This document shows positions 19,000 through 26,647 of a DNA stretch of 38,814 nt, piece by piece (position 1 is the stretch's first letter; each line of letters opens with the position of its first letter). The position numbers and the translations under genes were made by a program. The notes below the pieces were generated by a model. The model had not been told where the DNA came from. It worked only from the letters and a program-made list of their open reading frames with translations, and ran no database searches. This DNA is from Blastocatellia bacterium (GTDB lineage: Bacteria > Acidobacteriota > Blastocatellia > UBA7656). The DNA lies in the NCBI GenBank assembly GCA_017883315.1, contig JADGNW010000121.1:1-38814 (forward strand), given 5' to 3'.

Positions 19000-20406
19000 A
19001 TGCACCTCGAGAAAGCAAAAATCACGGTACTCGACGGGAAGAAGGAGATAGACCGTTTCTCCGTTCAGTTCAACCCAACGACTCTCCGCTTGTCGCTCAG
19101 CAATAGAGTGGCGGGCGCGGATTCGTCGGGTACCGCCGTAAACCAGCACACCGGAGCCAGTTCTACCACGCTGGCCATCGAGTTGATATTTGACACCGCC
19201 GACCTGGGCACGACCGGAAATCCAGTCTCCGTGCGGGACCAGACGAAAAAGCTCGAGCGCTTCGTCGCACCGAAGGACACGGGCAAAGATCCGAACGCTC
19301 CGCCCAACATGGGTTTCACCTGGGGCGACCTGCACATCGTCGGCACAGTCGACAGCCTGACAATAGACTTCGATCACTTCGCAGCCAATGGCACGCCATT
19401 GCGAGCCAAGGTCTCGCTTTCGATCAGAGAACAAGATCCTGAGAAGGAGTTGAAGGCGAAGAAGGACACACGGGCCGGCGCGCCCAGTCCTGGCAGCGCA
19501 TCGGCCGGCGGTGTGGGATTCAGCGCATCGGCAAGCTTTGGCTTGGGCGCGTCAGCTAGCGTTGGCGTCGCGCTCGAGGGCGAGAGCTCGGCTGAATTCG
19601 CAGCGCGCGTCGGGGTCGATCCGGCGGCATGGCGCGGCTTGGAGATTGGCGGCGAAAGCTCGATCTCGCTCTCGGCAGGTGTCGAAGTTGGCTTCGATGC
19701 GAACTTGAGCGCGAGCGCCGGACTCGGCGTGACTCTTGGTGTCGAGGCGGGCGCGTCGGCGTCGCTCGAAGCATCGTTTGGTCTGGAAACGAGTGCGAGT
19801 CTGAATGCCGTTGCGGGCGTCGGCGTTGGCGCTGAATTGGCTTCGGGTATTGCGCTTTCGTCAGCGGGCGGAGTGGCGGCTGCACTTGAATCGGTACAGT
19901 CAGTCAAGAATCAACTGGCGGAGCAGCAGGCGCGAGCAGCCTTCCAGGCGCCAGCGAAAGCGTTGCCCACCGCGAGCGCGCCAACCAGTCAAGCGACCAT
20001 TCCTTCGCCAAACGCGGCTCGGGCGATAGCCGCGCGACCGAAGCCCCCTGAACAGCCGCGCACGCCGCTCAACGCTACCGGACTGCCTTCGCTATCTGCA
20101 CAGCAGGCCGCTCCGGCGGCGCCGCGCCGTCCACGCGCCGATGCGCGAGCGAGCTCATTTGGTTTCGGCGTGCCGCTGCGCACTACGGTTGGCGAAGCCG
20201 CTGATCTGCGCTACGGCTCGATGCAGGGCGACGTCGTAGTCAAACCGAGGATCGCCAGCGGGGAACCGCCCGCGACAAGTGATCCGACCACGCCGGCCTG
20301 GGTCGCATTGCCGGCGCGCGATCGTGGCCGAAATGTCGCCGACAAATTACAGGGCCAGGTTCGGCCCACTCGTCCGTGCGGCTGCGCTGGCCGCTGCAAG
20401 CATTGA
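19000..20406 (+). CDS. Afp7/Pvc7-like tube-initiator (baseplate hub) protein with a degenerate LysM and long low-complexity extensions
   Basis: The N-terminal 145 aa match CIS tube-initiator style (MHLEKAKITVLDG...FSVQFNPTTLRLSLSN...LAIELIFDT...FTWGDLHIVG). A LysM-like stretch GESSAEFAARVGVDPAAWRGLEIGG sits at aa 194-218. aa 160-300 are G/A/S-rich alternating repeats; aa 315-385 are P/A-rich. Confidence 0.7.
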   Translation: MHLEKAKITVLDGKKEIDRFSVQFNPTTLRLSLSNRVAGADSSGTAVNQHTGASSTTLAIELIFDTADLGTTGNPVSVRDQTKKLERFVAPKDTGKDPNAPPNMGFTWGDLHIVGTVDSLTIDFDHFAANGTPLRAKVSLSIREQDPEKELKAKKDTRAGAPSPGSASAGGVGFSASASFGLGASASVGVALEGESSAEFAARVGVDPAAWRGLEIGGESSISLSAGVEVGFDANLSASAGLGVTLGVEAGASASLEASFGLETSASLNAVAGVGVGAELASGIALSSAGGVAAALESVQSVKNQLAEQQARAAFQAPAKALPTASAPTSQATIPSPNAARAIAARPKPPEQPRTPLNATGLPSLSAQQAAPAAPRRPRADARASSFGFGVPLRTTVGEAADLRYGSMQGDVVVKPRIASGEPPATSDPTTPAWVALPARDRGRNVADKLQGQVRPTRPCGCAGRCKH

Positions 20407-20523
20407 TGTCCGGCGAAGATGATGTCCGACAAACTTCGGCTTGTCGGTTGGTTGTGGAAAAGAACTGTGTATCGAGAAGCTACGACAAACTGAAGTTCGT
20501 CGGACAAGTTGCGAGGAGTTGTC

Positions 20524-20694
20524 ATGGCCGTTCACGTTGACGAAATGGTTTCGGAAGTTACGGCGGAATCCGATTCGCCCGCCGCCGGAACGAGTAAACA
20601 AGCGCAGTGGGAAGAGCAGGCGAGCATCCGCTCAACACAGGCACAGATCGCTCGCGACCGCTTCCGCACCGCCGCCGAGGGCTACGATGACTGA
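20524..20694 (+). CDS. Small acidic CIS-associated protein
   Basis: 56-aa ORF (MAVHVDEMVSEVTAE...) with a GAGGAG SD. Its stop overlaps the start of the gpD-like gene (ATG at 20687). Confidence 0.5.
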   Translation: MAVHVDEMVSEVTAESDSPAAGTSKQAQWEEQASIRSTQAQIARDRFRTAAEGYDD

Positions 20695-21772
20695 CGAGTT
20701 GCTTGTTTACGCGGGGCCCGTCTTCGAGGTCGATGGCGAAGTCAAAGGCGAATTGGCTCGCGACATTCTACGCCTCGAAATCGAAGAGAGCACTGCCGGA
20801 TTGAAGACACTGACAGCGCGGTTGATCGCGCTCGGCCCGCTTAACGGCGCGTCCGAACAACAGCACATCTACCTTGATGGCTCGATCATCGATTTCGGCA
20901 AGAAGCTCTCCGTGGTCCTTGGCGCCGCCCCTGCCGCGCATACCGTCTTTGCGGGCCGGATCAGCGCGATCGAGGCTGGGTTTCAGGAAGGAGAAGCACC
21001 CGATACCGTGATCTTCGCTGAAGACAAGTTGATGGAATTGCGCATGACGCGCCGCATGAAGTCCCACGAAAACATGAGCGACGGCGACATCGCCAGCGCC
21101 ATTGCATCGGAGCACGGACTAACGCCCGCGGTTGACGCCGACGGGCCGACATACGACGTCGTGCAGCAATGGAATGTAAGCGATCTCGCTTTTCTACGCG
21201 AGCGCGCGAGAAGAATTCAAGCCGAGGTTTGGATCGAGGACGAAACCTTACACTTCAAATCGCGCAGCAACCGGACCGCGACTGAGCTGACGCTTGTGCA
21301 GGGTAATCAGTTGATCTCGGTACGCGCGCGCGCCGATCTTGCCCACCAGCGGACGAAGGTAAAAGTAAGCGGCTACGACGCCAGCCAGCGCGAGCGGATC
21401 GAAGAGGAAGCCGGGGAAGACGCAATTCAGGCAGAAGTCTCGGAAGGCTTGACCGGGCCGGCGGTGCTCGAACGAGCTTTCGGCGGCCGCGTTTCTTTTC
21501 GCGTGCGCGAAGCCCCCTTGCAGTCAACCGAAGCGTCCGATTGGGCGCGAGCCGAAATGCTGAGGCGCGCGCGCAGCTTCGTCACGGTGATCGGCACCAC
21601 GCGCGGTTCAGCCGACATGATCGTCGGCAGCAAGCTGACGCTTGAGCGCACTGGGCATCCGTTCGAGGGGCCGGGTTATTACGTCACGCGCGTTTGCCAC
21701 ACATACGATTTACGCGACGGCTTTCGCACGCACTTTGAAGCCGAGCGGGCAACCGTCCAGGAGGGATCTTGA
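20687..21772 (+). CDS. Late control gene D (gpD) / gp27-like baseplate hub: N-terminal VgrG/Afp8 module
   Basis: 361 aa. SDGDIASAIASEHGLTP, QWNVSDLAFLRERARRI and the C-terminal GPGYYVTRVCHTYDLRDGFRTHFEAER are typical of Phage_GPD proteins. The ORF-track start at 20441 is an unsupported extension. Confidence 0.85.
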   Translation: MTDELLVYAGPVFEVDGEVKGELARDILRLEIEESTAGLKTLTARLIALGPLNGASEQQHIYLDGSIIDFGKKLSVVLGAAPAAHTVFAGRISAIEAGFQEGEAPDTVIFAEDKLMELRMTRRMKSHENMSDGDIASAIASEHGLTPAVDADGPTYDVVQQWNVSDLAFLRERARRIQAEVWIEDETLHFKSRSNRTATELTLVQGNQLISVRARADLAHQRTKVKVSGYDASQRERIEEEAGEDAIQAEVSEGLTGPAVLERAFGGRVSFRVREAPLQSTEASDWARAEMLRRARSFVTVIGTTRGSADMIVGSKLTLERTGHPFEGPGYYVTRVCHTYDLRDGFRTHFEAERATVQEGS

Positions 21773-22443
21773 GCCACCCAATCGGGACATTCAGGTCAGA
21801 CGGTGACGCGCCGCGATATTTCGGCGTCTTTCCATCAATCGTCACCGACATCGTCGACCCCGACAGTCTGGGCCGCATCCAGGTGAAGTTTCCGTGGCTG
21901 GGAGCTGATGGCGATACGGTGCGCGCGTGGGCGACGTTGCTTACACCTTACGCCGATGACGATCAGGGCTTTCAAGTCTTGCCCGCGGTTGATACGCAAG
22001 TCGTCGTGGCTTTTGAAGCCGGGGACCTGCGGCGGCCATACATCGTCGGCTCAGCATGGAATGGCCGAGAAGCGATGCCCGAATCACCAGCCGCGCCGAA
22101 CAACAAACGGCTGATCAAATCGCGCGCCGGCAGCTTGCTTGAATTCGATGACACCGACGGCGCAGCAAAGGTGACCGTCTCGATGAAGAGCGGTCACAAA
22201 GTCGTGCTCGATGACAGCGCGCAGGAGGTGACCGTGCAGCATTCAAACGGCTGTGTGATCAAAATGAACATCGCGGGCCAGGTTGAAATTCAAGCCAATG
22301 CAACGGTGGAGATCACGGCGTCGGCAGTCAACGTTCACGCGCCGGTGGCGACTTTTGACGGCATCATCAACTGCACGACTCTAATTGCGAGCTCCGGCGT
22401 GGTTTCGCCTTCCTACACACCGGGCGCCGGGAACATTTGGTGA
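21769..22443 (+). CDS. gpV / gp5-like spike protein (OB-fold plus beta-helix): C-terminal VgrG/Afp8 module
   Basis: TTG start overlapping the gpD stop (TTGA), with a GGAGGG SD. GVFPSIVTDIVDPDSLGRIQVKFPWLG...WATLLTPYA...VVVAFEAGDLRRPYIVGSAWN is the Phage_base_V OB domain. The C-terminus has beta-helix-like repeats (KVTVSMKSGHKVVLDD, EVTVQHSNGCVIKMN, QVEIQANATVEITASAVNVHAP). Confidence 0.85.
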   Translation: MSHPIGTFRSDGDAPRYFGVFPSIVTDIVDPDSLGRIQVKFPWLGADGDTVRAWATLLTPYADDDQGFQVLPAVDTQVVVAFEAGDLRRPYIVGSAWNGREAMPESPAAPNNKRLIKSRAGSLLEFDDTDGAAKVTVSMKSGHKVVLDDSAQEVTVQHSNGCVIKMNIAGQVEIQANATVEITASAVNVHAPVATFDGIINCTTLIASSGVVSPSYTPGAGNIW

Positions 22444-22445
22444 GT

Positions 22446-24104
22446 ATGAATAATCATCCGTGGAAACTTGTTGGGCCCTGGTATCGCTGGCAACGTCCCG
22501 GCTTGCCGAGCGCCGGGCGCTCGTCGCGCCCAGTTTTCCAGAAGTACGACGGGTCGACTCTCGTCGCCGAGTTTCTCAAGGACCCGCAGCGCTCTCTCAA
22601 ATTCACTGCGGAGGACTTCGTCCACGAAATCAAACCGCTTGCTCCGCTGGCTCCGTATCCTCTCCCCAATCCAAAGCCCCGCCGTCTGTCAGAACTTGGC
22701 TACTTTCCCACTGCGACGCGCAAGCTGTTCCTGGATACGCACAAACGTTTCTACCTGGTCGTGTGCGAGCTGCATTGCGACATGCCCGGCTTCCCCTCGG
22801 TCAATCGCGAACAAGTGTGCGACGCAGGCTTCGTTATCCGCCGCAGGATTGTATCTAATCTCACGCGAGTTGCCCTGGCCGAAGCGCAACCGATCTTTCA
22901 GCGGCTCACCACCGCGCGGCAATCCGTGTTGGAACTCGCCGGAGTGCAGCCCGAAGCACAGCTCGGCCTGTTGAAGAAAGGTCTGGCGCCACAGGGCGAA
23001 GCAATGCTCGCGGGTGCTATCGCCGAATCGATCGACATGAACCAGACCGTCGCACTAGCGCAAATTGGCGCTGAGCGAGCGAACCTGGCCGAGTGGGCCG
23101 GGAAGTTTGGCGTGTCTTTGCGATTGCAAGGCTGGAGCCAAGTTCGTGAAGGCGTCGGCGCATGGATTGATGTTGAAGAGAGCTCGCAGACTGCGATCAC
23201 CGAGCAAGTCTTCCGGCTCTATCCGCTGATTCCCGATCCGCGAGAGGTAAAGCACTCAGGCAAAGGCCGCACGATATATTTTGGCGCGGTTCCGACCGGC
23301 AGCGCTGACACCGACGAATTCGGCACAAGCCGTTTCGATGATGTCACGCAGTACGAGATTCGCTGCTTCGTCCGGCGCTACAAACACGAGCCGCCAAACA
23401 ATGGCCGCAATCCCAAATGCTGCGGCGAAGTCGTATGGAGTTTGCCAACCGAAGTTTATCAACTCGCGCCGCACTTCGATCTTGCGGGGACGAACAATCG
23501 CCCGATCTCGATGCAGCTCCCTGACCTCAAAGCGCTCGAAGCACAAGCCGCGTCGTTGCCGCCTAATCAACTTGCGCCGTTTCGCATGGTCTCGCCGCCG
23601 GACTCGAACCTCGAATTCAGCGCCGACGAAGACGGCAAAAATATCATTGCCAAAGGCAGGTCGAGCGAGATCTGCTCATTCTCGATACCGCTGATCACAA
23701 TCGTCGCGACGTTCGTCTTCAAACTCTTTTTGCCGGTGGTGACGCTGCTCTTTGGATTGTTCTTTCTGCTCAAGCTGAAATTCTGCATCCCGCCAAGCAT
23801 CAGCCTCAGCGCAAGCATCGCGGCGGAATTGAACGCGAAACTGCAACTCGGCCTCGATGTGAGTGTGGATGCACAGCTCGCAGTCGGCGCAGTCCCGGGC
23901 CATGAAATCGGCAATGAGGTTGACGCCAAGCTAAGACTCGGTTTCGGTGACAAGATGACCGATGGATTGGAGAGCGAATTCGGGCCGCGCGCCATCGCCG
24001 AGATGACTAACAGCATTTATCAATCGGGTCAGCAGCAGAACGCGCCGTCACTGACCGCGAGACTCCAATACGAAGCGCACGTCGAGGCGGAGCTTGTTGC
24101 ATGA
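22446..24104 (+). CDS. 552-aa protein of unknown function with a C-proximal hydrophobic helical hairpin, encoded between the spike and gp25 genes
   Basis: ATG at 22446 just after the spike stop; its own stop overlaps the gp25 start (ATGA at 24101). A hydrophobic stretch of about 45 residues: ICSFSIPLITIVATFVFKLFLPVVTLLFGLFFLLKLKFCIPPSISL. Conserved-looking motifs WYRWQRP and KRFYLVVCELHCDMPGFP. Confidence 0.75.
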   Translation: MNNHPWKLVGPWYRWQRPGLPSAGRSSRPVFQKYDGSTLVAEFLKDPQRSLKFTAEDFVHEIKPLAPLAPYPLPNPKPRRLSELGYFPTATRKLFLDTHKRFYLVVCELHCDMPGFPSVNREQVCDAGFVIRRRIVSNLTRVALAEAQPIFQRLTTARQSVLELAGVQPEAQLGLLKKGLAPQGEAMLAGAIAESIDMNQTVALAQIGAERANLAEWAGKFGVSLRLQGWSQVREGVGAWIDVEESSQTAITEQVFRLYPLIPDPREVKHSGKGRTIYFGAVPTGSADTDEFGTSRFDDVTQYEIRCFVRRYKHEPPNNGRNPKCCGEVVWSLPTEVYQLAPHFDLAGTNNRPISMQLPDLKALEAQAASLPPNQLAPFRMVSPPDSNLEFSADEDGKNIIAKGRSSEICSFSIPLITIVATFVFKLFLPVVTLLFGLFFLLKLKFCIPPSISLSASIAAELNAKLQLGLDVSVDAQLAVGAVPGHEIGNEVDAKLRLGFGDKMTDGLESEFGPRAIAEMTNSIYQSGQQQNAPSLTARLQYEAHVEAELVA

Positions 24105-24490
24105 CGACACTCAGCTTCTTAGGAAAAGGTTGGAGCGTCCCCCTGCGGCCCGATGACCGCACCGGCAAGCTCGAATACGAGAGCGGCACAGAAAAGGTGC
24201 GCCAATCAATTCAGATCATTCTGGACACCGAGCCGGGCGAGCGGATCATGCGCCCCACCTTCGGCTGCGGACTTCGCCGCTACTTGATGAAGCCGAACAC
24301 CACCGCGACGCGAACGTTGATTCAGCGCGAAGTGACTAGTGCGCTCAAAGCATGGGAGCCGCGCATAGAAGCGCAAAGCGTGCAAGTGTCGCCGGGCGAT
24401 GATCCAGCGCTCGTGTTGATCGAGATTTTCTACATTCACAAACGCGACGGGCGTCAGGGCAATTTCGTCTACCCGTTCTATCTGGAGTAA
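24101..24490 (+). CDS. GPW/gp25-like baseplate wedge protein (Afp9 type)
   Basis: 129 aa. IQIILDTEPGERIMRPTFGCGLRRYLMKPN is the hallmark gp25 motif. Confidence 0.9.
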   Translation: MTTLSFLGKGWSVPLRPDDRTGKLEYESGTEKVRQSIQIILDTEPGERIMRPTFGCGLRRYLMKPNTTATRTLIQREVTSALKAWEPRIEAQSVQVSPGDDPALVLIEIFYIHKRDGRQGNFVYPFYLE

Positions 24491-24496
24491 CCCGGT

Positions 24497-26644
24497 ATGC
24501 CGATACCCAATCCCATCCTCGACGACCGCTCTTACCAGCAACTGCGGGATGAGTTGGTGCGCCGGATTCCGGTCTACACACCGGAATGGACGGATCACAA
24601 CGCGAGTGATCCGGGCATCACGCTGATCGAACTGTTTTCATTTCTCGGCGAGAACCTGCTCTTCCGCTTCAATCAAATTCCCGAAGCTGCGCGGCTCGAG
24701 TTTTTACGTCTGCTGCAAATACCCATGCGTCCGGCAGTGGCGGCTCGCTCGCTCGTGACGATGACGACCGTCAACCCAAAAGGCGTGCTGGTCGCGCTCG
24801 AGGCGGAATTGAAAGCGGGCAATCTGTCGTTCGAGACGAAGACTGAGGTCAAAGTTTGGCCGGTGTCGTTTCTCGCCGTGGGCCGCGTGCAATCGCCCGA
24901 ACCCGATCCCAAGAAGGAACCCGAGGTCCACGAATTTGCCGTTCGCGCAATTGACGCCATCGGCCCTCTGCCCGCGGGTCAGAGTCTGGTCTACTACAAG
25001 AACCAAACCGTCGATCTACAGAATCCGGCGGTTGATTTCAGCGCGACGGTTGACGGAAAGCTATGGGTTGCGGTGCTCAAGGAGAAAGGCGCCGAACCGC
25101 TGGAACTCGGCGGCGCGCTGCTCAATCTCGGCTTTGTGCTCGACCCGGTCTTCGCGTCGATGGATCAAGTGATCGCCTGTCCCGGCGCTGGTTTCACGCC
25201 GGCTGCGCCGGCCGTCGAATGGACGGTTTCGACCGGCGAGGTGAAGAACGGCACTCCGCAATTTCGCAGCATCGCGCAGGAAGGCGACTCCACGCGGGGC
25301 CTGAGTCAGGACGGTGTTGTCAGGTTGAGATTGCCCAACGACATCAAACAGGTCGGCGCCTTTTCAGTTGACGATCCCGACAAACTGGGCACGGGCGATT
25401 TCCCGCCGGTGCTGGATGAAGAGACTGAGAAGAAGATTCTCTGCTGGTTATCCGCGTTTCGCCACGACGGCAGCCGCTTCGGCAAAGTGCTCTTCGTCGG
25501 CGCTAACGCGGCGGAGATCGCGCAGACTAAGAAAGCGCGGCCCGAATTTCTCGGGACCGGCACGGCGCAACCCGATCAAGCGTACCCGCTTGTGAATAAG
25601 CCTGTCATCACCGGCAGTCTGAAGCTCGACGTGGAAGAGGGCGGGAGCTGGGTCGAGTGGAAAGAGGTCGATGGCTTCCATGCGAGCCAGCCGGATGACC
25701 GCCATTTCGTCGTGGACCTCGAAGCGGGCAAAGTACGTTTCGGGAACGGGCTGCAAGGCTTGCCCCCGCAGATCGGACAGAGAATTCGCGCGCGCGAGTA
25801 CCGCTACGGCGGGGGCGTTGAAGGTAATGTACCACCCAAAGCAATTTCGAAGCTCGTCGACTTTCCCGATGTCAAAGTCGTCAATCCGCTGCGTGCGAAC
25901 GGCGGCGCCGCCGCCGAATCCATCAGAGACGCGCTCACCCGCATACCAGGCGAATTGCGGCGCCGCGATCGCGCCGTCACCGCAACGGATTTTCAAGAAC
26001 TCGCGCTCGCCACACCCGGCGCCGATGTCGGGCGCGCCGAGTGCCTGCCGCGCTTTCATCCGCCGACGAAGCGATCGGAAGCCGCCGGCGTCGTGACCGT
26101 TGTCGTCTGGCCGCGCGAAGATCCGGCTCATCCGAACGCGCCGGCGCCTGATCGCAATTTGCTGCGCGCCGTCTGCGGCTGGCTCGATCTGCGACGACTG
26201 GTGACGACCGAACTGTATGTAATTCCGCCCACCTATCGCAAAGTCGCGGTAGCCGTCGGCTTGCAAGTCAAATCGGGCTTCGGCATCGAAGCCGTCCGCC
26301 ATTGGGTCGAGCTGGTGTTGCGGCAGTACCTCGCGCCGCTTCCTCCCTACGGGCCTGAAGGACAGGGCTGGCCGCTCGGCAGGCGTGTGCACGGTCCCGA
26401 ACTCGAGGCCGCCGCCTTGCAGGTCGAGGGTGTGCAGTTCCTAAACGATCTCAAAGTCGCCGGCTGGGACGAGCAACAGAAAGTTTGGCTTCCGGGCACA
26501 GTCAATCTCGAAAAATTTGAAGTGGCGGAGTTGACTGAGATCACTGTTGTTGAAGGGCCCGTCAGTATCGCCCCAGGCCAGACCATCGAGCCTGCGCCTG
26601 CCGGAGTGCCTGTGCCGATTCCCATCATTCGCGAGGAGTGTTAG
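24497..26644 (+). CDS. Baseplate J / gp6-like wedge protein (Afp11 type)
   Basis: 715 aa. The N-terminus LDDRSYQQLRDELVRRIPVYTPEWTDHNASDPGITLIELFSFLGENLLFRFNQIPE is typical of CIS baseplate assembly proteins. Confidence 0.9.
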   Translation: MPIPNPILDDRSYQQLRDELVRRIPVYTPEWTDHNASDPGITLIELFSFLGENLLFRFNQIPEAARLEFLRLLQIPMRPAVAARSLVTMTTVNPKGVLVALEAELKAGNLSFETKTEVKVWPVSFLAVGRVQSPEPDPKKEPEVHEFAVRAIDAIGPLPAGQSLVYYKNQTVDLQNPAVDFSATVDGKLWVAVLKEKGAEPLELGGALLNLGFVLDPVFASMDQVIACPGAGFTPAAPAVEWTVSTGEVKNGTPQFRSIAQEGDSTRGLSQDGVVRLRLPNDIKQVGAFSVDDPDKLGTGDFPPVLDEETEKKILCWLSAFRHDGSRFGKVLFVGANAAEIAQTKKARPEFLGTGTAQPDQAYPLVNKPVITGSLKLDVEEGGSWVEWKEVDGFHASQPDDRHFVVDLEAGKVRFGNGLQGLPPQIGQRIRAREYRYGGGVEGNVPPKAISKLVDFPDVKVVNPLRANGGAAAESIRDALTRIPGELRRRDRAVTATDFQELALATPGADVGRAECLPRFHPPTKRSEAAGVVTVVVWPREDPAHPNAPAPDRNLLRAVCGWLDLRRLVTTELYVIPPTYRKVAVAVGLQVKSGFGIEAVRHWVELVLRQYLAPLPPYGPEGQGWPLGRRVHGPELEAAALQVEGVQFLNDLKVAGWDEQQKVWLPGTVNLEKFEVAELTEITVVEGPVSIAPGQTIEPAPAGVPVPIPIIREEC

Positions 26645-26647
26645 CCG

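Noticed and set aside
20421-20514. Inverted TGTCCGACAAA / TTCGTCGGACAA repeats and a CCGACAA-N8-TTGTCGG hairpin before the small ORF at 20524
   Set aside because: The stems are short (7-11 nt) and imperfect, in GC-rich DNA. They could modulate translation of the downstream genes, but this is not distinguishable from chance by eye.
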